A stretch of DNA of 62,607 nt from a virus (Duplodnaviria > Caudoviricetes). Below are positions 17,721-28,720 of the stretch, piece after piece; position 1 is the first letter of the stretch, and the number at the start of each line of letters is the position of its first letter. The stretch is from positions 1 through 62,607 of the IMG/VR virus record IMGVR_UViG_3300017728_000004. One strand, 5' to 3'. The notes beneath the pieces were generated by a model. That model ran no database searches. It was not told the origin of the DNA and worked only from the letters and a program-made list of their open reading frames with translations. The position numbers and the translations under genes were made by a program.

Positions 17721-19163
17721 ATGGCAGATCAAGGACTTTTAGGACAAGCAAAACCAGCGGGAACAACTAATACAGTCCTGTATAGTGCTCCTGCAGATCA
17801 ATCCGCTTCCGCAGTATTAACTATTGCCAATGATGGCACTGGTGCAGCATATGATGTTGCGCTCAAAGATTATGATCAAAAACTTACTTTAGATGCATCC
17901 ACATATAAACTTCACGAAGGTGATATTATTAGTGGTTACAGATTTACAGTAGGTACTCCAATTAGTAGTGGGTCAGGGTTTCAACCAGGACAACAATTTA
18001 CTAGCACAGATGGTGAGAAGAAATTTAAATTTGAATCATTTTATATTCCAACCACTACATCTGTCTTTGTAAAAGATATTGCTATTAGACAGGTTACTCT
18101 CGAATCTATTACTGGCACTCCCGCAGTTGGTGATACTTTAACCAAGGGAGCAGGTAGCGACACTACAACTGCCACAGTATATGCTTATAAGAACAATATT
18201 GTGCATATTGGACCATCCACTATTAATGGTTCTGGTGCAGAATTTGCTGATGGTGATTCTGTTACCTCTGGTAGTGCAACTGGAACTGTTTCTACTGGTG
18301 GTGTTGGATCTGCTCAGAATGAATTTGTGTTCTCAACCACCACCTCTGGTGGAACATATGATTTAGCACTTGATGGTGCCACTACACTGTTCTCTGATAG
18401 AACATATCGTTTTGATACATCTGATTCTTCTATGAGTGGTAGAGACTTTAGTCTTTCTACTACTGTTAATGGTCAGTGGGGTCCAGATAATACTGCTGGT
18501 AACTCTGACGATGGCACAGAATTTACCACTGGTAGGACTACTAATGGCACAGCAGGTTCTGGTGGTGCATATGTTCAATTTGCATTTGGTGCAAACGATA
18601 ACACTCCTGGTACTTTGTATTTCTATGATGGTGGCACTGGCACTGACGCTAATGCAAACTATGGTGGAAATGATCGTTACATTCAAACTAGTGACGTAGT
18701 TCAATATAGTGAGATCTATGTCTATGACATTGAAGGCACTTGGACAAACAGCAGCGATGGTTTCCTGAATGCTGGTATCACTTATACCGTAACAGCACAA
18801 ACTGCAGGACCTTTTGGTATTGTTCGTTCTTTTACTGGAACTACACTGTACGTTTTGAAAGGTATTGGATCTGTCGATTTTGCAGGTACTAATACATTCC
18901 AAGATGTTCCTGCAAGTAATGAACAGTCCAGAACGCTAGCAACAGTTAGCAGTGTTACTGTTGCATCTGATGCACTTGAAGTTGAGAATTATCTTTCAAA
19001 AGATAAGACAAATGCTGCGAACAATGTCGATAGACTTACATCTCTCGTCATTGGACCTGGTGAAAGACTAGTTGTTGAAAGTGCAACTCAAAATAATATC
19101 TTCAGTCTAGTTGGATTTCAAGATGCTTCTACAGCATTGACAACTAGAGTCTTCGGTTCCTAA
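17721..19163 (+). CDS. Virion structural protein
   Basis: 480 aa, Thr/Gly/Ser-rich; RTYRFDTSDSSMSG and TPGTLYFYD motifs; late cluster. Confidence 0.7.
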   Translation: MADQGLLGQAKPAGTTNTVLYSAPADQSASAVLTIANDGTGAAYDVALKDYDQKLTLDASTYKLHEGDIISGYRFTVGTPISSGSGFQPGQQFTSTDGEKKFKFESFYIPTTTSVFVKDIAIRQVTLESITGTPAVGDTLTKGAGSDTTTATVYAYKNNIVHIGPSTINGSGAEFADGDSVTSGSATGTVSTGGVGSAQNEFVFSTTTSGGTYDLALDGATTLFSDRTYRFDTSDSSMSGRDFSLSTTVNGQWGPDNTAGNSDDGTEFTTGRTTNGTAGSGGAYVQFAFGANDNTPGTLYFYDGGTGTDANANYGGNDRYIQTSDVVQYSEIYVYDIEGTWTNSSDGFLNAGITYTVTAQTAGPFGIVRSFTGTTLYVLKGIGSVDFAGTNTFQDVPASNEQSRTLATVSSVTVASDALEVENYLSKDKTNAANNVDRLTSLVIGPGERLVVESATQNNIFSLVGFQDASTALTTRVFGS

Positions 19164-19169
19164 TAAATA
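19162..19169 (+). promoter_or_regulatory. Late promoter motif (AATAAATA)
   Basis: Overlaps the stop codon, about 20 nt before the next start. Confidence 0.6.
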
Positions 19170-19190
19170 ATCAAAAAAGCAGCGTAAGCA

Positions 19191-22100
19191 ATGTCCCTTA
19201 CTAGACTTAAGAATATTATTACGTCCAGAACTGGGCGTATTATATATGTTAACCCAGACGATTTTGATGCTTCTGATGCGATTGACAACAGAGGCAACTC
19301 TGCGTTGCGTCCGTTTAAGTCTATTCAAAGAGCATTTCTGGAAGTAGCAAGATTCTCCTATCGAGTTGGTTTATCAAATGACGAATTTGATGCCTTCTCG
19401 ATCATGTTATATCCAGCAGAATATGTTGTTGATAATAGACCTGGTGATGTTCTCTATACTAATGTTGCTCCTCTTGATGAGAACTCAAACCTTGACTTGA
19501 CTTCTCCTAATAATGTTCTGTATAAGTATAATTCAGTTGAAGGTGGTATCATCGTTCCTAGAGGTTGTTCTCTAGTTGGTACAGATCTTCGTCGTACAAA
19601 GATTATTCCTAAGTACGTTCCATATCCTACAACTCTTGCATCCAAAGGTATTAATACCGAATCTCAAGTACCTCCTCGTACTGCAATTTTCAAAGTTACT
19701 GGTGGAACATACTTCTGGCAGTTCTCTTTCTTTGATGGTGCTGAGGAAGGTGTATATTACAAACCCGATAGCACAGATACCTTAGCGCCTAAGTTCTCAC
19801 ACCATAGACTAACTTGTTTTGAGTTTGCTGATGGTGTTAATACTCTTTCAACTTTAATTAGTGGCGCAACAGTCCCTAACGCAGATTATTCTGCAGTTCC
19901 TAATATTCTTGAAAGAACAGATTTAGAAATTTATTATCAGAAAGTATCGAAAGCATTTGCTACAATTCCTGATACTTCTGGAGATCCTGCAACTGACCAA
20001 ATTCAGTTAAGAGTAGAAGAAAATAGAATTGTTGGTCCTATTTCTGATGAATATAGAGTCCTTCAGGTCACAAGAAATGGTCAGACAGCAACAGCAGTTA
20101 CTGTTGATGAGTTTGATAACCCTAGAGATCATGGATTCTCTGTTGGTGTTAACATCAACGTTAGTGGTGTTTCTGGATCAACTGGACCGCAATCAGAACT
20201 TGATGCTGGAATTTACAACGGATCTTTTACAGTCACATCAGCATCTGGTAACGTCTTTACTTACCAAATGCAAGGAGAACCATCAGGAAATGCTGTAGGT
20301 TCAAATATTACAGTTAAGACTGAGATTGATACTGTTGACTCTGCATCACCATATGCGTTTAACCTGTCACTGAGATCAGTGTGGGGTATGAATGGAATGC
20401 ATGCTAATGGTAGCAAAGCAACTGGTTTCAAATCAATGGTTGTTGCTCAATTCACTGGTTTGAGTCTTCAAAAAGATGATAGAGCATTCGTAAGATATAA
20501 TGCTTCTACTGGTAATTATGACAACGCAACTGCTGGTGATGGTGCTCACTTAGATGGTTTTGCTGAGTATCGTAAAGGTTGGGCACATGAGCACATTAAG
20601 TGTAGTAATGACTCCTTTGTACAGGCAGTTTCGGTGTTTGCTGTTGGATATGGCACACACTTTACTGCACTGAGTGGGGGTGATATGAGTATCACAAACT
20701 CAAACTCCAACTTCGGTAACACTGCTTTAAGAGCAGCAGGATTCAAAGCAAAATCCTTCTCTAAAGATAAAGCAGGTGCATTAACACATATTATTCCACC
20801 CAAATCATTAAACGTTATTTCTACCACTGCAACTGGTACGAATGCTGCATCCTCAATTACTCTTGCTAATGATGGTAACATCAATGGTGTTATTGAAGGC
20901 ATGACAGTTAGTGGTACTGGCATTGGTGCTGGTGCTATCGTGGGAACTGTCAATACAAACACTAGAGTTGTTACTTTAACAGCAGCAAATACTTCTACAG
21001 TTAGCGGTAATGTCATCTTCGGTGAAGAAACATCTGTCAATTGGGTGAACGTTGATATTCAAAGAACAAAAGTAATTAACGCAGCACTTGCTGGACAAGG
21101 AGGAACACCTGGCACAAGATTATATCTCTACGGATACACAGTTGAAGCAAGTCCGCCTACGACAAGAGTTCAAGGTTACACCGTTGGTGCACGTCAAGAT
21201 GGCACGGGCGGTAGTGCTATTCCCGATAAGATCAACTGCTTATTAGTAGCAAACGGTGCATCAACTGCAACTGTTCAAACTGCTAAAATTTCACCTTATG
21301 GTCCTTCTGTATCTGGTAAAGCAGCAGGTACGACTGGATCACCTATTCAATTTGATAGCACAACATATACAATCAATGGTGTTGCTGGTTCTATTGGTGG
21401 TTGGTATCTCGCTGTAGATTCCACTGACAATGCAATCTATACATCACTATCTACTAATACACAATACAATACAGTTAATTTCACTCCTACTACTTTCCTT
21501 AAGAGAATACCTGATCCTCGTGACTTGCAAGATAGAACATATCGTGTTCGTTATGTAATTGACAAGGATAAGACCAATCCTCTGCCTCGTGATCCTATTA
21601 GTGGTTATGTAATGCAACCGCTGAATAGTGACACAACATCGTATAGTTTGAATAAAGCATTCTACATTTACGATATTGAGATTGTTCAAAAATTTGAGAG
21701 AGGTGTTGCCGATGGAATCTACTATCTTACCCTGCTATGTGCATCTATTGCACCTACAACTTCTAACTTTAATGACAGGAAGTTCAGTCAAAACGTCAAC
21801 GAAGTCTATCCTACGTTTGACAGAGACAACCCTGTTGCTGACCCTGCTGCTTCGGTATCCGTCGCTGACAACGAAACTATCGGTCTTGTAAATTCTACTG
21901 ATGGTGCATCACCAACTCCTGCACTTGATCCTAAACGTTCTATTACTAAGGAAGCAGTTGAATTTATTCTTAGTGACACTGGTTGGACACAACCAGGAAC
22001 AACACCTAACTACGATAGTGTTAACGAGCGTCTTAGTAACGTTGAATTAACTGCTCGTCAGGGTGATGAAGAGACCAGAAAGATTAATATCAGACAGAAT

Positions 22101-23153
22101 ACTGATGGTACAGTAGCACCTATTGCTGTTGAATTTAGACGCCACTCAATTATGAGATCTGGTAACCATACTTTTGAGTATCTTGGTTTCGGTCCTGGTA
22201 ACTATTCAACTGCATTCCCTCAGACTCAAGTAGAGACGCTATCTACTGATCAGATTAAGTTCTCTCAGTCTATTAAAGAAGAAGGTGGTGTTGCATTCTA
22301 CTCTGGTCTTAACTCTAATGGTGACCTATTCATTGGTAACCAGATCATTAACCCAGTTACAGGTCAGATCACTAACGAAGATATTGCACAACTGAATGTT
22401 ATTGGTGAAGAGAATACAACAATTGAGACTTTCTCTGAGTTGGTTCTTACTGATAAACTCACTGTTATTGGTGGTGCATCTAACCAGTTAGAATCAATCT
22501 TTGCTGGTCCTGTTACATTCCAAGGACTGACTACATTCACAAACAATATTCAAGCAAGAAAGATTTCTTATTACAACCAAGATGGTACTGTAATCAAGCA
22601 AACTTTACTTGCACCTGAAGATGCAAACGGACTACCTAGTTTTGCTAATATCACAGGATATGATACTCCTGCTGATGGTGATCTTGTTTATAATATCAAC
22701 TGGTCACCTGGTAAATCTTTAGGTTGGATTTACTACAATGGAGCATGGAAAGAGTTTGGTCTTACTGACACTGGTGACATTAATATTAGTTCCTACAATA
22801 GTAGCACAATCATCGGTATTGGCACTGCTCCTAATAACAGTTTCAGAGTCAATGTAGATGGTGGTGTAAGAGTTGATGGTGACTTAGTTGTTACTGGAAA
22901 GGGTGGAGTTGGTGCTGATAAGTATATTACTAGAACCTACACTGGTGATGGTTCAACACTAACATTTGCTGTTACTACATATACTGGTGGAATTCAGCAT
23001 GCCGATGATTCAGTGTTGGTATTCTTGAATGGTGTTGCACAGATTGCAGGTACTAATTACACCGTAGATGGAAGCGGTGCGAATATTGTATTTGCTTCTG
23101 GTGATGCACCTTTATCAACTGATACAGTTCATATTTTAGAACTGCCTATCTAA
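19191..23153 (+). CDS. Large virion structural/tail-fibre protein with beta-helix-like region
   Basis: 1320 aa; IIYVNPDD...RPFKSIQRA N-terminus, SMVVAQFTG / VSVFAVG / SITNSNSNFG beta-helix motifs, GDGSTLTF...VFLNGVAQ C-terminus. Confidence 0.8.
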   Translation: MSLTRLKNIITSRTGRIIYVNPDDFDASDAIDNRGNSALRPFKSIQRAFLEVARFSYRVGLSNDEFDAFSIMLYPAEYVVDNRPGDVLYTNVAPLDENSNLDLTSPNNVLYKYNSVEGGIIVPRGCSLVGTDLRRTKIIPKYVPYPTTLASKGINTESQVPPRTAIFKVTGGTYFWQFSFFDGAEEGVYYKPDSTDTLAPKFSHHRLTCFEFADGVNTLSTLISGATVPNADYSAVPNILERTDLEIYYQKVSKAFATIPDTSGDPATDQIQLRVEENRIVGPISDEYRVLQVTRNGQTATAVTVDEFDNPRDHGFSVGVNINVSGVSGSTGPQSELDAGIYNGSFTVTSASGNVFTYQMQGEPSGNAVGSNITVKTEIDTVDSASPYAFNLSLRSVWGMNGMHANGSKATGFKSMVVAQFTGLSLQKDDRAFVRYNASTGNYDNATAGDGAHLDGFAEYRKGWAHEHIKCSNDSFVQAVSVFAVGYGTHFTALSGGDMSITNSNSNFGNTALRAAGFKAKSFSKDKAGALTHIIPPKSLNVISTTATGTNAASSITLANDGNINGVIEGMTVSGTGIGAGAIVGTVNTNTRVVTLTAANTSTVSGNVIFGEETSVNWVNVDIQRTKVINAALAGQGGTPGTRLYLYGYTVEASPPTTRVQGYTVGARQDGTGGSAIPDKINCLLVANGASTATVQTAKISPYGPSVSGKAAGTTGSPIQFDSTTYTINGVAGSIGGWYLAVDSTDNAIYTSLSTNTQYNTVNFTPTTFLKRIPDPRDLQDRTYRVRYVIDKDKTNPLPRDPISGYVMQPLNSDTTSYSLNKAFYIYDIEIVQKFERGVADGIYYLTLLCASIAPTTSNFNDRKFSQNVNEVYPTFDRDNPVADPAASVSVADNETIGLVNSTDGASPTPALDPKRSITKEAVEFILSDTGWTQPGTTPNYDSVNERLSNVELTARQGDEETRKINIRQNTDGTVAPIAVEFRRHSIMRSGNHTFEYLGFGPGNYSTAFPQTQVETLSTDQIKFSQSIKEEGGVAFYSGLNSNGDLFIGNQIINPVTGQITNEDIAQLNVIGEENTTIETFSELVLTDKLTVIGGASNQLESIFAGPVTFQGLTTFTNNIQARKISYYNQDGTVIKQTLLAPEDANGLPSFANITGYDTPADGDLVYNINWSPGKSLGWIYYNGAWKEFGLTDTGDINISSYNSSTIIGIGTAPNNSFRVNVDGGVRVDGDLVVTGKGGVGADKYITRTYTGDGSTLTFAVTTYTGGIQHADDSVLVFLNGVAQIAGTNYTVDGSGANIVFASGDAPLSTDTVHILELPI

Positions 23154-23178
23154 ATAATACGGAGGATACCGCAATCAC

Positions 23179-23595
23179 ATGGCAATATCAAGAATTAGTG
23201 GCAATCAAATCGCCACCGCAACAGAAGCAATTCTTACCACTCTAAGTTTCCTTAATACTGGTAGTGTATTAAGGTTACCTGTTGGAACAACTGCACAACA
23301 ACCTACAGGTGTTTCACCAGGAACTATTAGATTTAATACTGATACTGATGCTGCTGAAATTTATAAAGCAGATAATGGTACTGGTAGTGCTGGATGGTCA
23401 GCAGTATCTGGTGGTGGTCCTGCATTAGGTGCAGATAGTGTTATTAGAACAAATCCAAATACTATCGATGAAAATATTACCGTTGGACCTACTGCTGGTG
23501 ATGAATTTGCTAATGGAATGAGTTCTGGTCCTATTACTATTAGTAACGGTTATACTGTTACTATTGAAAGTGGTGGTTCCTGGAGTGTGGTCTAA
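23179..23595 (+). CDS. Fibre-associated protein, array member 1
   Basis: LRLPVGTTAQQP..GTIRFNTDT module; GPITI..G.TVTI..G..WSVV C-terminus; CTAAATA at 23150. Confidence 0.75.
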   Translation: MAISRISGNQIATATEAILTTLSFLNTGSVLRLPVGTTAQQPTGVSPGTIRFNTDTDAAEIYKADNGTGSAGWSAVSGGGPALGADSVIRTNPNTIDENITVGPTAGDEFANGMSSGPITISNGYTVTIESGGSWSVV

Positions 23596-23828
23596 TGTTA
23601 AATGTTGGATCTATACAAGGAAATTCTCCTAATTTTACAATAGATTTAGATGCTGGTAGTAGATTAAGATTAGCAAGTGATTTAAGAGTTAACCAACAGC
23701 AATATATTCCCCTACCTAGTGGAACTACTGCACAGAGACCTTCAGATTCTTATCCTGGAAGTATTAGATATAATACAACCATTAGTAAGTTAGAGATCTG
23801 GACAGGAACAACTTGGTTCAGTATCTAA
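23595..23828 (+). CDS. Fibre-associated protein, array member 2 (shared module only)
   Basis: 77 aa; LPSGTTAQRP..GSIRYNTT..LEIW.G..W. Confidence 0.7.
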   Translation: MLNVGSIQGNSPNFTIDLDAGSRLRLASDLRVNQQQYIPLPSGTTAQRPSDSYPGSIRYNTTISKLEIWTGTTWFSI

Positions 23829-23853
23829 ATATAGAATATAGGCACCTCACAAA

Positions 23854-25236
23854 ATGAGTCGAGTTACCACTGCAATACTAAAAGGAATCTCAGCAACTCT
23901 GGAACAAGTCACCATTCCTGGTGGTCATACTTTCAGGGTTAATGGTATATTGGATCTCACTGGAAATACAGGTGCATTTCAATTACCTACTGGAACAACA
24001 GCGCAACGTCCAGGTAGTCCTTCAACAGGATTTTTTAGATTTAATACTGATACAAATAAGATTGAACTTTATCGTAATGGTGCATGGGGATCGTATGAAG
24101 AAACGACCGATGTAGGCGGTGGTGGTGGCACTACTTCACAAATTGCTGATGAAATTCTAGTTTATGTTATGGATGAAAATGGTGATGCTAGAAGTCCGAC
24201 ATACAAACCATTAAATTCAGTAAAGGTATCAGATAATAGTGTAACTGCTACAGCATGGACAGATGTTCTGGCAAATAGTGACTGGAATGCTGTTGTATTC
24301 ACGAGTGATTCAAAACCATATATTCGTTGGAGATTTGATAGAAACAGTCAGAATATGGACACCATATTATCATCATTGATGAATAATTATTCATCATGGG
24401 GATCTGCCAACAATGCAACACAATCAGTAACACCAGTTGCAGGGTCTTCTGGTAAAGTTGGAGAAACAATGAACTTCCAACATAATAATGGTGGTGGTGA
24501 GAGTCATGATATTGTTACCTTAGGCAATAATGGTACTGTCTGGAGTTCGGGTATGTATTGGGGTAACATTGACTCCACAAGTAACTATGGTGGTATCTTA
24601 AACAAGGTTGAACCACACAGTGGTAGTGGCGGTGGTAATACTAACGAAAGAATTTTTGTATATTTAGATAATACACCTCTTGCCATTCAAGCAGGTGATT
24701 ATACAAACTATCTCACACCAACTGGTCCTTTAGGAAACGCTACTAATTTTAGTTGGTCTAACAATACAAGTTCTGGGGTGGGTAGTAGCAGTCCCAATAA
24801 TGTTGCTGATGCTGTTGATAGAAACACGACAAGTGATTGGCCCACATATGGCATTCAGCAGCAAGGTAACAATAACTGGATCTCGGTAGATTTGGGTGTT
24901 GGTAATGAAACTACGTTCGATTATACTTGGGTTATTGGTTATCCTAACGACAATCACTGGTCTGATCGGAACTTTGTACAAGGATCAAACGATAACAGTA
25001 ACTGGACCGATGTTGCAGAGTGGCGTTATCACAATGGATCTTCATCAAATGATGGTTATCTAATTCATAGTCAAGGTAGTCATCTTTATTCAAACACAGT
25101 TAATAATGTAGATAAGTGGCATCCTGTTGTCACTAGAGGTATTAAATATAGATATTGGAGATTATACGGTACTAACTTTAACCAATCCAATGGTTATATG
25201 CTGGTCATGAACTGGGGTCTAATGAAGAAAAACTAA
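23854..25236 (+). CDS. Fibre-associated protein, array member 3, C-terminal discoidin/F5-8C-like domain
   Basis: LPTGTTAQRP module; WISVDLG...VQGSNDNSNWTDV...KYRYWRL; CTAAATA at 23825. Confidence 0.75.
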   Translation: MSRVTTAILKGISATLEQVTIPGGHTFRVNGILDLTGNTGAFQLPTGTTAQRPGSPSTGFFRFNTDTNKIELYRNGAWGSYEETTDVGGGGGTTSQIADEILVYVMDENGDARSPTYKPLNSVKVSDNSVTATAWTDVLANSDWNAVVFTSDSKPYIRWRFDRNSQNMDTILSSLMNNYSSWGSANNATQSVTPVAGSSGKVGETMNFQHNNGGGESHDIVTLGNNGTVWSSGMYWGNIDSTSNYGGILNKVEPHSGSGGGNTNERIFVYLDNTPLAIQAGDYTNYLTPTGPLGNATNFSWSNNTSSGVGSSSPNNVADAVDRNTTSDWPTYGIQQQGNNNWISVDLGVGNETTFDYTWVIGYPNDNHWSDRNFVQGSNDNSNWTDVAEWRYHNGSSSNDGYLIHSQGSHLYSNTVNNVDKWHPVVTRGIKYRYWRLYGTNFNQSNGYMLVMNWGLMKKN

Positions 25237-26423
25237 TGAGCACACTAAACACTGATAACTTATACGGTCCAGACTGGAAAGATTTTACGATTGATATGCC
25301 TGCTGGTGCACATCTAAACGTAAGTGGTTCTTTAGAGTTTACATCTGGATCTCAATTTACTTTACCTAGAGGAACCACTGCTGAACGTCCATCATCACCT
25401 ACAGCAGGGATGATACGTTATAATATTACAACTTCTGGTGCTGAGTATTATAATGGTACTGAATGGATAGAGATGCCGTTGGGCGCATCGAATGATGGTA
25501 CTAGTCAAGAAACTGCTGCAAGTTCAGCAAGACAATTATTTGATGATGGTATTGTTACCAGTGGAAAATCTTTAAGATGGATTAATACCTCTGGTGGATT
25601 AAAACAAGTTTTTTGTGACTTTGATACTCAAGATGAGGATGGTAATAGTGGATGGATGTTAGTCGCATCATTCACTCAGGGAAATAAATGGGGTGGTGAC
25701 GGACAAAATATTATTACAACTGATGCCACTATTTTACCAAGTGGAGCACAAGATTATCAACCATCATCTAACTTTGCTGATATGAATATCACTGAGTTTA
25801 GACTGACGGCAAATAATGATATTGAAACTACGTTAGGTGCTCAGGCATCAGCAGATTGGTATTATCGATGGAATAATCCTATTACTTACAAAGAAATGTG
25901 GGCACCAACCGCAGGTAATACAAGATATTATTTGTCTAATGGTACTAATCCCAATGTTCAAAGATGTTCGATGAGAAAATTTGATAGTAGTTACAATCTC
26001 AAATATTCTTATAATAACCCTAATCACAGATATAATAATTTCAGTGACTATGGTTATACTAATAGTAGAGTTGATACTGCCGATTATAGTTATGGATTAG
26101 TTGGCGGTAGTCAAGCACCTGAAAGCGGGTTCTTTAACGTTTGGTATGCAATAAGTAATCCTGGTCAACAGTTTGAATGGTTCCGTATTGGTAGAACTGC
26201 AACTTACTCATCTAGATCTGGTGGTGATGTTGATGGAACATTTGCAATACCTCAACAGGGTGCCAACACTGATTCTACGGGACAAGATATTGATAGTAAT
26301 ATCAGTGTAAAAGTTGGTAACGATGATAATGTTGATTGGGGTGGTGCTGCTACTTCTGCGACACAAGATGCAGGAAATAATAGTGCAATTACCAACACAC
26401 CCTTATGGTGGTGGGTTAAGTGA
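25236..26423 (+). CDS. Fibre-associated protein, array member 4, fibrinogen-C-like domain
   Basis: LPRGTTAERP module; QVFCDFDT...GWMLVASF. Confidence 0.75.
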   Translation: MSTLNTDNLYGPDWKDFTIDMPAGAHLNVSGSLEFTSGSQFTLPRGTTAERPSSPTAGMIRYNITTSGAEYYNGTEWIEMPLGASNDGTSQETAASSARQLFDDGIVTSGKSLRWINTSGGLKQVFCDFDTQDEDGNSGWMLVASFTQGNKWGGDGQNIITTDATILPSGAQDYQPSSNFADMNITEFRLTANNDIETTLGAQASADWYYRWNNPITYKEMWAPTAGNTRYYLSNGTNPNVQRCSMRKFDSSYNLKYSYNNPNHRYNNFSDYGYTNSRVDTADYSYGLVGGSQAPESGFFNVWYAISNPGQQFEWFRIGRTATYSSRSGGDVDGTFAIPQQGANTDSTGQDIDSNISVKVGNDDNVDWGGAATSATQDAGNNSAITNTPLWWWVK

Positions 26424-26456
26424 TAAATACTAAAAGCATACAGATATTGAGTTGAC

Positions 26457-27566
26457 ATGCCAAGGTTAAACGTTACCAATGTAACCTCTTCGGGAACTTT
26501 ACAATCGGTTGATACTTTTAGTTCGACTGATGGATTTAGATTGCCGTCTTATTCTACAGCACAGAGACCTACGGGCATTCCTGATGGTACTATGATCTGG
26601 AATACTACAGCATCTGCTATTGAAATATATGGCAGTTCTCAATGGAATGAATTAGGTAGTGGTGGTGGTAGTGCTGCTATTGATACGTGGGCAGATGCTG
26701 CGGCAAGACCAACAACTAGTTTATCAGTTGGACAATTTGGATTTAATCAGGATACTAAACAATTTGAAGTTTATAATGTTAATGATGCTGGTACGGCAGA
26801 ATGGTTACTCTTAGGTAATGTTGTTGCTGCTGCACAATGGCATATCATAATGATGACACCTGGTGCTAAAGGTTCATCATCGAATACTCCAATAGGTAGT
26901 CCTGGTAGTAGCACTTGGAGAAGTATTACTTCCTCTAATACTGGTGCTAGTGGAAGAACTGCCTTTGGTGATGGTGAAGGATTGTATGAGGGTTATTTTA
27001 CTATTACTGGTGCAACTAAAGTCGCTCTTGTTAGTGGAAATGGTGATTTAACGGATCCATCAACACATTCTAAGTATCTTGTTTATGACTTAGTTGAAAC
27101 GGCAGGTGATACAACTCATAACATTTTAATTGCTATTGATGATTTCTGTAATGCATCGGGAAGTGGTATCACTGGCAGTGATGCTTCTGGATATACAACT
27201 CCTTCTGTTAATTCATTAACTGGTAATACTAATGGTTATAGCGGAACTTTAAGTGCCTCGGGTGGTACTTGGCAATCAAATAATGGTACTCAACCTGATA
27301 AATTTGTATATTGGGGTATCAATACCGAATCTGATGATGATACACAAGCACTCTGTGCATTCTCAGGGAACTTATCAAGCGGTAAAATGGATTCTTGGAG
27401 AAATAATAATCCAAATGAAACATTCTGGAGTTATTGGGGGCATGATTTTCACTCAGATGCTTCTAGTCAACGCCTTGGTAACAGTAGGCAAACTGAACCT
27501 GGCATTGCAACTGGTTCTTCACAAAGTAGTGAGACTGTTTATATGTTGGTTTATGTTCCTGGATAA
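26457..27566 (+). CDS. Fibre-associated protein, array member 5
   Basis: Two copies of the shared module; unrecognised C-terminal domain; GATAAATA at 26422. Confidence 0.75.
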   Translation: MPRLNVTNVTSSGTLQSVDTFSSTDGFRLPSYSTAQRPTGIPDGTMIWNTTASAIEIYGSSQWNELGSGGGSAAIDTWADAAARPTTSLSVGQFGFNQDTKQFEVYNVNDAGTAEWLLLGNVVAAAQWHIIMMTPGAKGSSSNTPIGSPGSSTWRSITSSNTGASGRTAFGDGEGLYEGYFTITGATKVALVSGNGDLTDPSTHSKYLVYDLVETAGDTTHNILIAIDDFCNASGSGITGSDASGYTTPSVNSLTGNTNGYSGTLSASGGTWQSNNGTQPDKFVYWGINTESDDDTQALCAFSGNLSSGKMDSWRNNNPNETFWSYWGHDFHSDASSQRLGNSRQTEPGIATGSSQSSETVYMLVYVPG

Positions 27567-27591
27567 ATAAAGTATAAGGTAATATCGAACT

Positions 27592-28695
27592 ATGTCACAA
27601 TTAACTGTTGGTTCAATAACTGCTGGTAGAGTCGTTGCATCTGGATATGTAGCAACAACAGGACAATTACAATTGCCTGCATATGATCAAGGTACTAGAC
27701 CTACTACATCAGCAGATGGTGTATTAATTTGGAATAAAACATCAAGTTCATTGAATTTGAAAGCAGGTGCTTCATGGATTGGTGTTGGTGGTTCTAGCAC
27801 TCCTACTTGGACTAATGCTACACAACCTTCTAGTAGTTCTGTTGGCGGTTATGGATATAATACAGAATTGGATAGATTTGAAGTATATCTTTCAACTGGT
27901 TGGAATGTTTTAGGTAGTGGCGGTGGTAGTGGAAATCCAAAAGGATTAAGTGCATCAACACCTGCTGTTGATGCTCAAGAAGTATTAAATACATCAGCAT
28001 CACCACCATCTGATGGTTTATATTATATTGACACTCCTAATGGTGGTGTTCAACAAATTTACTGTATCTTTGATAGGGGTGCAGGTTGGATGGTTGTTGG
28101 TAAGTTTGGTGGCGATGCATCAGATACTGTTGCAAACACTGTATCTACAACTAGAGCATTAACAGTTCAGAACAGCACTGGTACTGAATTTTCTGCTGAC
28201 TTTGGTGATTATTATCCGTCATTTGTTCGTCATATTGGAGTTGACAATATCAGTGATTGGTCAAATAATAGAAATCTAGATTTTTGGCATGGTGTGCCAA
28301 ATGATAGACAATGGAAAAGATATTGGACCAATGGTAGAAGTTCTGGAATGGATAGAGTTCGTCGACAAGGATTTACTACCCAAGGATCTTGGGATGGTAG
28401 AGGTAGATGGGCAAATCCTGATTATGGGTTTATGCAAATGTCTGACGCTGATACTAGTATTAGTGAAGGTGCATTTACTAGTTCAGGTAGTTTCTACTTT
28501 CATAATGCACAGGATGCTAAATTTAGTACAGATTCTCATAGGACTACATCTGGACAGGATGAAGAGGTTCAATGCCAGTACGGTTATGATGACTCTAGAA
28601 GATGCTTTATGGATAGATTTACGGATGGTGCTAGAGACGGTAATAATACAAACAGAAGAGATTACAGCAGTGCTGTATATGTCTTGCTTCACTAA
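27592..28695 (+). CDS. Fibre-associated protein, array member 6, fibrinogen-C-like domain
   Basis: Two module copies; DGLYYIDTPNGG.QQIYC.FD...GWMVVGKF; GATAAATA at 27562. Confidence 0.75.
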   Translation: MSQLTVGSITAGRVVASGYVATTGQLQLPAYDQGTRPTTSADGVLIWNKTSSSLNLKAGASWIGVGGSSTPTWTNATQPSSSSVGGYGYNTELDRFEVYLSTGWNVLGSGGGSGNPKGLSASTPAVDAQEVLNTSASPPSDGLYYIDTPNGGVQQIYCIFDRGAGWMVVGKFGGDASDTVANTVSTTRALTVQNSTGTEFSADFGDYYPSFVRHIGVDNISDWSNNRNLDFWHGVPNDRQWKRYWTNGRSSGMDRVRRQGFTTQGSWDGRGRWANPDYGFMQMSDADTSISEGAFTSSGSFYFHNAQDAKFSTDSHRTTSGQDEEVQCQYGYDDSRRCFMDRFTDGARDGNNTNRRDYSSAVYVLLH

Positions 28696-28720
28696 ATATC
28701 ACTACAGAGTTATTTGAAAA